49,690 nt of DNA from Candidatus Zixiibacteriota bacterium (GCA_036170655.1 JAVHPP010000050.1:1-49690); one strand, 5' to 3'. Shown: positions 37,860 to 47,419, numbered from the stretch's first letter. Notes: a model not told the origin generated them from the letters alone. Translations and numbers: made by a program.

Positions 37860-40800
37860 CTATTTCTTCTTCTGCTCGGTTTTATGCTGCTCCGATGGAT
37901 CGTGACAACGCACGCATAACTCGCGGTTCGGTTCGCCCAGCAAAAGCGACGGATGGTCGGAGCTGTGCGGCGAGTGGCAGCCGGTGCAGATGACCGGACC
38001 GTCGCGGTTGGGATCCTTGGTGCCCTCTCCCATGGGGTGGAAGTGAGTCTTTTTCACATCGTCGTGGCACTGCTGGCAGAGTGTCATCACATCCGCTTCC
38101 GACAGCAGGAACTTGTTGTCACCCCCATGCGGTGTGTGACAGTTCGCGCAGTCTTCCGCCGCTGGGGGATGGACATTGGTGTTGGTCAACCTGATTGAGG
38201 TGTGACATGTCAGGCACACGGAGAAACCGCTCTTCTGCAAGAGGGCGGGGGTGTTCCCGGTGTGCGGCGAGTGGCACACGACACACCCGCCGCTGTCGGC
38301 GAGCGCAGGATGGGGAATCGGAGACCGGTCGATCTCGGCAAGGACTTTGGCATGGCAACGGCCGCAGAGTTCACGGTTGCCCTTGATCGCACGGCCCTGG
38401 CCCGTGGCATGGCAGACAGAACAGGTGCGCTGGGCGAACGGCGGATGCTCAACGCGTTTCAAGAGCGCGGCTGTTTCCCGTGGAGCGGAATGCGGATCAT
38501 GACAACTCACACAATCATTGACTGTGCCGCCCCCCTGATGCGATGACACCCAGCGCGGCGCTTTCGTGTCATGGCATTTCGCGCATAGTTCGACCGTGGG
38601 CGCTTTCAAGAGTGAGGGCGATGTCGATGAATGGCCGTCGTGGCAGATCAGGCAACCCTTGTCGAGGGCGGCATGGGGCCGTTCCTTCTCCAACCGGTTT
38701 TTCAGCGGCTGGTGGCATCCTAAGCAGATCTGGCGTGATGCGCTGACCAGGAGCGACGGTTCAGCGGAACCGTGCGGTGCATGGCAGTTCATGCACTGTC
38801 CATTAGCGAACGGCGCATGCAGATTGCCCGCCGGTTTGAGATCGTGACATTTCCTGCAAAGCGCGGTGGTGTCCGCCAACAGCAGTTTTTCGTTGTTCGA
38901 CGTGTGGGGATTGTGACAGGCCGTGCACTGTCCATCACGCGCTGGCGCGTGCACCGATGCCAGCTTGAGCTGCCTTTCCAAATCCTCGTGGCAATTGAGG
39001 CACACCTGTGGTTGCGGCTCGCTCAGTTTGGTGCTTCCGGGCGCATCATGGCAGACGTCGCAACTCCCCTCCGCAAAGGGAGGATGTTGCCGGGAACGGA
39101 TCAATGCCTTCTGGTCGCTTGCATGAGGATCGTGGCACGACGCACAATTGGCTGTTGAAAGATCGATTCCTCTGTGCGCTGCACTCTTGAGATCGGCGGG
39201 ATTGTGGCATGTCTGACAGATCGCGTTCGCCGCCTTCGTCAGCAGATGCTCGGCGTCTGCCTGATGCGGTGCATGACACTTGTTGCACGTGCCGTCCTTG
39301 AATGGCTTGTGTTGCACGGGCTTGTCACGCCATGCGGCCAGCTTCTCCCGATGGCAGGTCTGGCACAGACTGACCGCGGTGCTGTCAACCTTCGGATAGC
39401 GGAGAACACCGCCGACCGGAGTCTGTTCCATCTGACGGCGCGGTCCGAGGAGTTTCTTCACCGTGCTTCCATGGGGATTGTGACACCCTGTGCAGTCACC
39501 GTCTGCGAATGGCGCGTGGACTGACTTGCTCGTCCCGGCGACAGCCACATCATGGCAGCCGCCACAGAGTTCGCCGGTCTTCGCAACCAGCAATCTGGCA
39601 TTGGGGGCCTCATGCGCACCATGACACGTCAGGCAATCGTCCACCGGTGGATGCTTGACCGGCTCGGCAACCAATCGGGCGATATTCTGGTGGCACTGGA
39701 AACACAATGGCGGTCCTTCGGCACGCAAGTTGGCTTTCCCCGTGCCGGCATGCGGGTCATGACAGGCAGAACAATCCTGTTTCTTGGCGGGTTCATGTGC
39801 CACCATGCCAGGTACGTCTTTGGGCTTATGGCAACGGCCACACGTGGCTCGCGGCTCTTCTTTCAGCAGCGCCACCTGTTCGCTGGAATGAGGAACGTGG
39901 CAGTCGAGACAGGCTGCGCCTGCTGTCTTAAGGTGTTCCGACTTGGCAAACTTGTCTTTCGTGTGACACCCCAAGCAGAGCTCCTCACCGGCTTTCTTGA
40001 GCAGATGCTGGTTGGGGCTTCCGTGCGGATCATGGCACGCCTGACACTTGCCCTCGGCGACCGGTGCGTGTTTGCTCTGCGCCGCGGCGAGCTTGGCTGC
40101 GGTCATGTCTTCATGGCAGGTCTGGCATAACTCGCCGATGCCCCCCCGCAACAAGGCAGGATGGCTCGATCGATGAGCGACGTGGCATTCGTAACAATCG
40201 CCGGATTCCGCCGGAGGATGCCCAACGGCAGCCGTGAGTTTCCTGCCGATATCGTCGTGGCAACTCTTGCATCCTGTCCATGTCGAATCCGCCGGACCAA
40301 CCGCCGTGGCCGGCGGTGTGGGTTCAGCGTGGCAGGCACTGCACTTGCCCTCTCCCACAGGACGGTGGACACGGTCACCGATCAGCGACGCGCGCGTCGA
40401 ACGGTGCGGATCATGGCAGCCAATGCACTCAAGACCCGCGGTGGCCAGACCACGCTTCTGATGGTCGGCACGTGTCTTCGTTGTATTGTGGCATGTCTGG
40501 CATACGTCATCGGGCGACGCGCGCAAGAGCTTCGCCTGCGTTCCCGCATGTGGGACATGGCAGGCCATGCAGTCACGCTGGGCATAGGGCGCGTGCGGTT
40601 TTGGATGTCCGGTTGAGTCTGCCAGCGTCTGATGGCAAACAAAACAGGCGACGTCATCGTCGACGTTACGGATCAGCCCCTTGCGGTCCGACGAATGCGG
40701 ATCATGACAGGTGGTGCACAGCTCCTCCTTGACTGCCGGATGGACTTGGGGGAGGCCGGTGAGCGATGTATCAAAGTCCTGGTGGCAGCTCGTGCAGAGG

Positions 40801-41039
40801 GCCTTGCCCTTCTTTTGCAGAATCAGAGTATTGGAGAAGCCATGACGCACATGGCAGGCCTCACAGTTCTCTTTCGCCACGGGATCGTGTTTGAACCGGC
40901 GGTCGAATTTCTTTATGGATTCTTTGTGGCAGGAATAGCATGGCTTTTGCTCGGCGCGCAGCGTACCTGACCCGTCTACGACTGCCCACATGACAAGTGT
41001 CGCAACGGTCAGGACGTATATGTGTCGCAGCCGATTCAC
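37860..41039 (-). CDS. Giant periplasmic doubled-CXXCH multiheme cytochrome c (42 CXXCH)
   Basis: Tandem 'H.P...G.C..CH.PH.S....LL......LC..CH' units, with 42 CXXCH counted. GTG 41039 (after AAGGGA) gives a plausible signal peptide ending in LRA. Confidence 0.93.
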   Translation of the reverse strand: MNRLRHIYVLTVATLVMWAVVDGSGTLRAEQKPCYSCHKESIKKFDRRFKHDPVAKENCEACHVRHGFSNTLILQKKGKALCTSCHQDFDTSLTGLPQVHPAVKEELCTTCHDPHSSDRKGLIRNVDDDVACFVCHQTLADSTGHPKPHAPYAQRDCMACHVPHAGTQAKLLRASPDDVCQTCHNTTKTRADHQKRGLATAGLECIGCHDPHRSTRASLIGDRVHRPVGEGKCSACHAEPTPPATAVGPADSTWTGCKSCHDDIGRKLTAAVGHPPAESGDCYECHVAHRSSHPALLRGGIGELCQTCHEDMTAAKLAAAQSKHAPVAEGKCQACHDPHGSPNQHLLKKAGEELCLGCHTKDKFAKSEHLKTAGAACLDCHVPHSSEQVALLKEEPRATCGRCHKPKDVPGMVAHEPAKKQDCSACHDPHAGTGKANLRAEGPPLCFQCHQNIARLVAEPVKHPPVDDCLTCHGAHEAPNARLLVAKTGELCGGCHDVAVAGTSKSVHAPFADGDCTGCHNPHGSTVKKLLGPRRQMEQTPVGGVLRYPKVDSTAVSLCQTCHREKLAAWRDKPVQHKPFKDGTCNKCHAPHQADAEHLLTKAANAICQTCHNPADLKSAAHRGIDLSTANCASCHDPHASDQKALIRSRQHPPFAEGSCDVCHDAPGSTKLSEPQPQVCLNCHEDLERQLKLASVHAPARDGQCTACHNPHTSNNEKLLLADTTALCRKCHDLKPAGNLHAPFANGQCMNCHAPHGSAEPSLLVSASRQICLGCHQPLKNRLEKERPHAALDKGCLICHDGHSSTSPSLLKAPTVELCAKCHDTKAPRWVSSHQGGGTVNDCVSCHDPHSAPRETAALLKRVEHPPFAQRTCSVCHATGQGRAIKGNRELCGRCHAKVLAEIDRSPIPHPALADSGGCVVCHSPHTGNTPALLQKSGFSVCLTCHTSIRLTNTNVHPPAAEDCANCHTPHGGDNKFLLSEADVMTLCQQCHDDVKKTHFHPMGEGTKDPNRDGPVICTGCHSPHSSDHPSLLLGEPNRELCVRCHDPSEQHKTEQKKK

Positions 41040-41111
41040 CGTGTCCCTTTGCCGGGAGCCCCTCAGGCGTCCTGACCCCCGGCTGAAAGATAGGCAACGG
41101 GAGGAAAAAGC

Positions 41112-41129
41112 AAGTGAAACAATTCCCAA
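41112..41129. promoter_or_regulatory. Rex/CRP-type box
   Basis: AAGTGAAACAATTCCCAA, about 75 bp upstream of the 42-heme gene start. Confidence 0.45.
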
Positions 41130-41343
41130 AGTGACAATTTCTTGTCCTGTTTCCAAGCCCATCAACGGCTTCCGGGAAGGATGGTCATGTGGAACGCCGT
41201 CGTGTTCAATGGCAACCCATTGAGATACTGAGGGCTGGAGGTGCATTCAACATTGCCACACCCCGAGTGACGCTTCCTTTCTTTCGGAACGGGGCGCAAC
41301 TCTCTATATTCCCTTCTCGGGGAGCAGGCAACGGAGAGGAAGA

Positions 41344-43125
41344 ATGCGCGATACACTCACGGTTTTGGGACACACTTTCGGCTTATGCATTATCGTGATG
41401 CTCGTTGTCGTTCTTGGAGGATGGCGCCAGATGAGTTCCGCGGAAACACTCGACAGTTTGTTCGCCGATTATTGGGAGTTCCAGATGCGGCAGTCGCCAA
41501 TGTGGGCCACCTACCTTGGCGACCACCGGTATGACAGCCTCCTACCCGATGCCTCGTTTGCGGCCGTGCAAGCCGAGGAGAAAGCGCTTCGCGATTTTCA
41601 GTCTCGTTTGGCGGCGGTCAGGAAGGCCGGCGGAGTTGGGCACGACACGCTCAACGCCGATCTCTTTGGCCGCGAGATCGACGACCGTCTGGAAGATTTT
41701 GGCTACCGTGAGTATCTCATGCCGCTGACCCAGCAGGGGGGACCGCACATCGAGATTCCCGAACTGGTGAATTACCACCCGTTCGCAACCGTGCAAGATT
41801 GCGAGAACTACATCAGACGTTTGCATGCCATTCCCGCATATTTTGATCAGACGATGGCCAATATGCGCGAGGGCATGAGAATTCATCTGGTTCCCGCAAA
41901 GATCACTGTGGAGAAAGCGCTCCCCCAGATTGATGTCCATGTGGTCGCCGATCCGCGGCAGAGTGTGCTGGCCGAGCCGGTCGGGAAGATGGGCGCTGAT
42001 ATTCCCGATTCCGCGAAGACACGCCTGGCCGATTCCATTGTCGCGGCCATTCGTACCGATGTTGTTCCCGCGTACGCCAAGCTGGCGTTGTTTGTCCGCG
42101 GCGAATACCTGCCGGCATGCCGAGATACCGTGGGCATCCTCGCGCTACCCGATGGCAAGCAACGCTACCGGCATCTGGCGCGCCACTACACAACTACACA
42201 GCTGTCGCCGGAGATGATCTCCAACCTTGGCCAGCACGAGTTGTCGAACATTCGTGCGGAGATGCAGGAGATTATGGCCAGCGTTGGTTTCACGGGTACA
42301 TTGCGGCAGTTTGCAGACTCTCTGCGTCACGATCCCCGTTTCCATTACACGTCGGCCGAATCGCTGGTCGCGGGATTCAAGACGATTCTCAAACGGATGG
42401 ATGCGAAACTGCCGCTTCTCTTTGGGCGGCTCCCCAGGGCGTCGTACAGTTTCCGCGAGATGGAGCCGTACCGGGCCGCATCGGCGCCTGACGCGTACTA
42501 CTACAGTGCGCCGGATGACCGCTCACGACCAGCGTATTTCTACATCAACACCTACGAGCCAACAATGCGTCCTAAGTATACCATGGAGGCGCTGGCGTAC
42601 CACGAAGCCGTACCCGGGCATCACCTGCAGATCGCCATCCAGCAGGAGCTCACCGGTCTTCCCCAATTCCGCCGTCATGGTGGTTACACCGCCTTCGTCG
42701 AGGGCTGGGCTTTGTATTCGGAACAATTGCCGAAGGAAGTCGGGTTCTACGCGGACTCTTATTCGGAGTTTGGCCGTCTGACATTCGATGCCTGGCGGGC
42801 CGTGCGGCTCGTCGTCGATCCCGGAATCCATTACTTCGGATGGACACGCGAGCAGGCCATCGACTTTTTCAAGGAAAACACCGCGCTCTCCGAACTCAAT
42901 ATCATCTCCGAAGTGGAGCGGTATATTGCTTCACCGGGGCAGGCGCTCGCCTATAAGATCGGCCAACTCAAGATTCAGGAATTGCGCGCCAACGCTGAGA
43001 AGGAACTTGGTGATCGCTTCGATCGGCGCGCCTTTCACGACGAACTGCTCAGCGACGGTGCATTGCCGCTGGATCTCTTGCAGACCAAGATGGAACGCTG
43101 GCTGATGAGCGTGAAGAAGAAGTGA
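41344..43125 (+). CDS. DUF885 family protein (putative secreted metallopeptidase)
   Basis: AT.LGDHRYD, HEAVPGHHLQ, EGWALYSE, RAVRLVVD.GIH and PGQALAYKIG. Confidence 0.93.
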   Translation: MRDTLTVLGHTFGLCIIVMLVVVLGGWRQMSSAETLDSLFADYWEFQMRQSPMWATYLGDHRYDSLLPDASFAAVQAEEKALRDFQSRLAAVRKAGGVGHDTLNADLFGREIDDRLEDFGYREYLMPLTQQGGPHIEIPELVNYHPFATVQDCENYIRRLHAIPAYFDQTMANMREGMRIHLVPAKITVEKALPQIDVHVVADPRQSVLAEPVGKMGADIPDSAKTRLADSIVAAIRTDVVPAYAKLALFVRGEYLPACRDTVGILALPDGKQRYRHLARHYTTTQLSPEMISNLGQHELSNIRAEMQEIMASVGFTGTLRQFADSLRHDPRFHYTSAESLVAGFKTILKRMDAKLPLLFGRLPRASYSFREMEPYRAASAPDAYYYSAPDDRSRPAYFYINTYEPTMRPKYTMEALAYHEAVPGHHLQIAIQQELTGLPQFRRHGGYTAFVEGWALYSEQLPKEVGFYADSYSEFGRLTFDAWRAVRLVVDPGIHYFGWTREQAIDFFKENTALSELNIISEVERYIASPGQALAYKIGQLKIQELRANAEKELGDRFDRRAFHDELLSDGALPLDLLQTKMERWLMSVKKK

Positions 43126-43148
43126 ACGCAACGAGCGCAGACGGCGAG

Positions 43149-44045
43149 TTACTCTTCAAACAGCTTCTGTTCTTCTGTGTACCGGACAACAAGCTCTTCA
43201 GCGAGTTGTGTGATCACGTCCGGTGAGAGATCGAGGAACTTGGCCGACGGATGCGATACCAGATCGACCGGTGGAGAATCCTGGAATCCGTAACCCAGTG
43301 ACTTCGACAGGGCATTGGCAAAGCAGATCATGTGAGCCATGCCCGTTTCACCTTCGACGTTTGCCACACCGTCCTGAGGTCCAGCGGCCTCGTCGGGTGT
43401 ATGGTGGCGGCGTGTGACCTCGACCAGCATCGACGGGAAGTTCCAGCGACCGAGAATGGTTGCGCCGAGTTCGGGGTGTGTGAATCCCCAGTGACTCTTT
43501 TCGATCTCCAGCGCCATGTGTTCATCGCGGCTGGCCTCGATGAGAACCTGTCGGCACTCCTCGGGGAATTTCTGCAGCAAGACCAGTTTGGCAATGTCAT
43601 GTAGCAGTCCGGCGAGAAACACCTCTTCGACACGGTGCAATTCCAGATGTTGCGCCACGATGCGCGCGCCCAACGCCACGGCCAGCGAGTGTTGCCAGAG
43701 ACGCTGCTCCAGCCCGCTGTCGCCGTCACGTTTGAACATTGCGTAGGTCGAGCTGGCCACAACCAGCGACCGGATCGTGTAAAAGCCCAGGATCATGATT
43801 GATTCGTTGAGCGAGGATACGCCACGCACCCGTCCGTAAAACGGGGAATTGGACAGACGTAAGACCTTGGCTGTCAACGCCGGATCAGCGGAGAGGACAT
43901 GGGACAGTTTGTTGATTTCCGTGTTCATGTCCGTTGTCATTCTCATGACCGTCGAGAGGACTCCGGCCTGTGACGCCGGGAGTTCGCCCAGCGTTGCAAT
44001 AACCCGTTCCAACAGAATGGGTTGTGGCCGTGCCACTGCCGACAT
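43149..44045 (-). CDS. HDOD domain signalling protein
   Basis: LP, DPALTAKVLRLSNSPFYG, LWQHSLAVA, GLLHDIAKL, GFTHPELG..W.FP and HH.P. Confidence 0.92.
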   Translation of the reverse strand: MSAVARPQPILLERVIATLGELPASQAGVLSTVMRMTTDMNTEINKLSHVLSADPALTAKVLRLSNSPFYGRVRGVSSLNESIMILGFYTIRSLVVASSTYAMFKRDGDSGLEQRLWQHSLAVALGARIVAQHLELHRVEEVFLAGLLHDIAKLVLLQKFPEECRQVLIEASRDEHMALEIEKSHWGFTHPELGATILGRWNFPSMLVEVTRRHHTPDEAAGPQDGVANVEGETGMAHMICFANALSKSLGYGFQDSPPVDLVSHPSAKFLDLSPDVITQLAEELVVRYTEEQKLFEE

Positions 44046-44240
44046 TGTCGCGCCCCTTGAAGTTCTCACTTTGATTGTATCGGCGTTGTCAGGTAAGTCG
44101 TTCACGCATGAGTGCAGGAGAAGGAGAAAATTGATCAGCGTCTGGGAAAAGTCAGTTCGATTGTGCCGGGGAGTTCCTCCTGACACAGTCGTCTGGCAAT
44201 TCTCTTGCATGGACCTTCTCCATCGTTGGTTCTTGTGAAC

Positions 44241-44948
44241 ATGGCCTTTGATCGACGACCAGAGGACCTGTCGGCAGGTGCCTATGAGCCCCGTGAATCG
44301 CGGGGGCAGAATCCGGTCGCCCGCTATTTCAACAGCGTTGCCGGACGGTTTCCGTTCGCAGGGGACTCGGCGGGAGTCTTGCGCCGTGCCTTGAATGCCA
44401 TATTTCGCCGTAGTTTGCATTTGCGCTTTGACCGGGTCCTCGCACTGTGTACGCCGATCGAGGGGCGGAGTGTGCTGGATATCGGTTGCGGGACAGGCGC
44501 CTTCGCTTGCCATCTGGCTTCCGGCGGAGCCCGTCACGTGCTGGGGATCGACTTCGCCCCGGAAATGATCCGCTTGGCACAAGAACGGGCGGTAGAGACG
44601 GGTCTTGGACGACAATGCCAATTCATTGTCATGGATTTCATGGAGTTGGGTACAACCGAGCGATTCGACTTTGTCACCGCCATGGGTGTGATGGATTATA
44701 TCGCCGACCCGCCGCCGTTCGTGGCCAAGGCGCTAATGCTGGCCGACAGGTCGGCGGTTTTTAGCTTCCCGAAACGGCGTGGTTTCCTTGCGTGGCAAAG
44801 GCGCATGCGTTACGTCCGCCGCTGCCCGCTCTTCATGTACTCACGAGGAGATCTGGAGGCGCTCTTTGCCCATGCCGCTCCCGAGATGTGGGAGATCGAG
44901 TCCCTGGCACGCGACTGGCTTGTAACGGTTCAGATGAAGTCCGGTTAA
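44241..44948 (+). CDS. Class I SAM-dependent methyltransferase
   Basis: VLDIGCGTG, GIDFAPEM and FDFVTAMGVMDY. The start is uncertain. Confidence 0.88.
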   Translation: MAFDRRPEDLSAGAYEPRESRGQNPVARYFNSVAGRFPFAGDSAGVLRRALNAIFRRSLHLRFDRVLALCTPIEGRSVLDIGCGTGAFACHLASGGARHVLGIDFAPEMIRLAQERAVETGLGRQCQFIVMDFMELGTTERFDFVTAMGVMDYIADPPPFVAKALMLADRSAVFSFPKRRGFLAWQRRMRYVRRCPLFMYSRGDLEALFAHAAPEMWEIESLARDWLVTVQMKSG

Positions 44949-45022
44949 GAGTACGGTTTTCGCCAACCATTCGTATATTACCACGTAGGATGCTGTTGGA
45001 AGGCACGGTAGACTGTTCACAT

Positions 45023-45383
45023 GGGGGCGACTGGTTTCGACGGAGTCGCCAAAAGGAGGTTTGCCCGCCGAGGTTCCCATCTTCCTCGTTAAACCGTTGG
45101 GAAAAACCGAAACGCAAACGACTACTCGTATGCGCTGGCTGCCTAATACTGATTAGGTAGCTCGACTGTCGGTCAGCCCGCCCCCGGCGGACCGCTGCTC
45201 GCCGAAAATGGGGGATAGCCAGAAGCAGCGCCCGAGATCTGCTGGCGAAACTCAATCGGGATAGCTGGACCAGAAGCCTGTCGCTCGGCGTCCGGATCGG
45301 CGAATACAAAAGAACGACTACGCGGGTAGACGGCCTCTAATAGGCACTTTCGGACGGGGGTTCGATTCCCCCCGCCTCCACCA
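45023..45383 (+). ncRNA. ssrA: tmRNA, tag peptide (A)ANDYSYALAA
   Basis: 5' GGGGGCGA...TTCGAC, 3' GGTTCGATTCCCCCCGCCTCCACCA, and the tag reading frame at 45114-45146. Confidence 0.97.
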
Positions 45384-45385
45384 AT
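45355..45385 (+). repeat. att core, copy 1 (tmRNA 3' end)
   Basis: CGGGGGTTCGATTCCCCCCGCCTCCACCAAT, identical to 48224-48254. Confidence 0.9.
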
Positions 45386-45768
45386 TCGGTACATTCCGGA
45401 GACATGGTTTACACTCCCTGAGCCTAATCTTGTGATCTCACCCGCTGATCATTGGGCTCGAGTCCCCTCCGGGGACGATGATGCATACCCATGTCGCAGG
45501 CCGTGGACTCGCATGCGCTCGCAGCTCGCTCGATGGACTTGAGGCCGATTCGGAGGATAATATGCTGATCAGCATAAGATGCCGAGCTAAACCGCTGGAC
45601 CGGTAGCGGGCGATTGAGTATTCAAGAGTTAACGCGCTTTCGGCGAGCGAATCCAGGTCGTATTGTGCGGACAGAAATACAATGCCCCGTGTCTTCTGCG
45701 GATCAATCTAAGTATTGTTATCCCAATCCAACAGGCGTTGTTCAGTTAACAGCAATCCAACCAAGGAG

Positions 45769-46085
45769 ATGTCGAGGAAATACATGGTCACCTGGTCCGA
45801 ACGCCCGCAAGGCTCGGCCATCGAATACGAGAATGCACAGAAGCGAATCCTGGAGGTGTGGCGGGCCTACACGCTGCCGAGCAACTTCAAGGTCGAAATG
45901 TTCGTGATCTGCGTGGGCGACTGGGGCGGGTACATGCTGGTGGAATGCGACGATCCGACGACGGTCCACAAGGTCTGCTCGCTGCTCCCGGCGTTCACGT
46001 TCGAAGCGGGCCGGTGATTCCGGTCGACGACGCGATTCGCGTCGAACTGGAGTCGATGGCCTTCCGTGATTCGTTGAAGAAGTGA
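45769..46085 (+). pseudogene. DUF3303-like protein, frameshifted
   Basis: KYMVTWSERPQGS...GGYMLVE.DD...PAF stops at 46017. A plausible C-terminus (PVIPVDDAIRVELESMAFRDSLKK) continues in another frame, consistent with a 1-nt deletion near 46008. Confidence 0.7.
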
Positions 46086-46240
46086 TCCCAGCATCCGGGA
46101 ACGGGTCGCCCTGACAGACTTGTGTGATCGACCGGATAATGTGTGGCCCTGACGCCCTTGTGGAAATGTGCATCAGGGCCATTCGTCCGCGAACGCTTCA
46201 TGATGTATAACTCGAGAATGTGCCATAGAGGAGCGTTGAG

Positions 46241-47311
46241 ATGAATGATCGAGTTCTGGCAATGATTGTATCAGCTCTGTTCTTGATCGGCGCTGGTCAG
46301 TCTGCGTATCCACAGACATCCGGCAGTGCCGAGTCACAGAGCGTGAGCACTCCGGAGCCGCGTCCCATCCCAGACCCGTTTTTGGCGCCGGTGCATTATG
46401 AGGGACAGCTTTGCCATTGGGTGCGCGGGATTTTCGAGGATAGCAGGGGAGATCTGTGGTTCGGCACGAATCACTACGGTGTCATGCGATACGATGGCGA
46501 CACTCTGGAGTATTTTGGGGACACCAAAGGGGTTGTCGGTGGGCGGATTTCGGGAATTGCCGAGGATACTGGGGGAAATGTCTGGTTCGGCACCGATGGC
46601 GGTCTGACCAAATACGATGGGAAGTCATTTACCAGGTACTCCATAAGCGACGACAAGATTGACAATGGCGTGTGGGGATTCGCGATCGACAGAGACGGCT
46701 TGTTTTGGGTCGCCCATACAAAAGGGGTATATCAATTCGACGGGGAGGCGTTTACCTATTTCCCCATTCCCAAGGCAAGGATAAGCGACACCACATCTAT
46801 CATCTCATATGATCGGGCATCATGCATTATGCAAGACCGGAACGGAACGATGTGGTTTGGCACGGATGGATTTGGCATCTGCAAGTTCGATGGGAAGACG
46901 TTTTCTCATCTCACCACAGCCGATGGCCTTTGCGATAACAATGTGTCGTCTCTCATGGAAGACGAAGAGGGACGCATTTGGATCGGGACGATGTTTGGAG
47001 GATTGAGCCGTTACGACGGCAAGACATTCACCAACTTTACCAAAGACGGGCAAGTCGCCGGTGTCGAAGTTGGGGCTTTTTATGAAGACAAGAATGGAGA
47101 CATCTGGTTCGCCGCTGAAAACCATGGCGTCTACCGGTTCGATGGAGAATCATTCACGAATCTCTATAAAGACGCGGGTCTGGAGACGAACGGGATTCTA
47201 TCCATCCTCGAAGACAGGGAAGGACGGTTCTGGTTTGGCGGTTGGATGGGACTCTTCCGCTATGACGGGAAATCTTTTTCCCCGGTGACAAAGGATGGAC
47301 CGTGGGAGTGA
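46241..47311 (+). CDS. Secreted beta-propeller protein (Reg_prop, two-component regulator propeller repeats)
   Basis: Signal peptide and about seven 'I.ED..G.IWFGT..G(V/L).RYDG..F' repeats. Confidence 0.9.
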   Translation: MNDRVLAMIVSALFLIGAGQSAYPQTSGSAESQSVSTPEPRPIPDPFLAPVHYEGQLCHWVRGIFEDSRGDLWFGTNHYGVMRYDGDTLEYFGDTKGVVGGRISGIAEDTGGNVWFGTDGGLTKYDGKSFTRYSISDDKIDNGVWGFAIDRDGLFWVAHTKGVYQFDGEAFTYFPIPKARISDTTSIISYDRASCIMQDRNGTMWFGTDGFGICKFDGKTFSHLTTADGLCDNNVSSLMEDEEGRIWIGTMFGGLSRYDGKTFTNFTKDGQVAGVEVGAFYEDKNGDIWFAAENHGVYRFDGESFTNLYKDAGLETNGILSILEDREGRFWFGGWMGLFRYDGKSFSPVTKDGPWE

Positions 47312-47419
47312 GGGGGATTATTGCAGTCGAGGCGGCTCTGCCATTTTCTAACTACGCCGCTTGATGGAGCCGCAAATGTGTCCCGGTCGTACAGGCCACC
47401 CGAAGATCAGGAGCTAATC

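Noticed and set aside
41040..41246. 69-aa extension of the giant cytochrome ORF
   Set aside because: It would bury the signal peptide and it spans an operator-like box, so GTG 41039 is preferred.
41242..41258. TGGCA...TGCA upstream of the 42-heme gene as a sigma54 promoter
   Set aside because: The GG-to-GC spacing is 11 rather than the required 10.
44046..44621. N-terminal extension of the HDOD ORF
   Set aside because: It is antisense to the methyltransferase. The HDOD domain begins just after ATG 44045.
45728..45752. ATCCAAC...GTTAAC as an integron attC
   Set aside because: It is too short, has no extended hairpin and lacks a proper GTTRRRY site.
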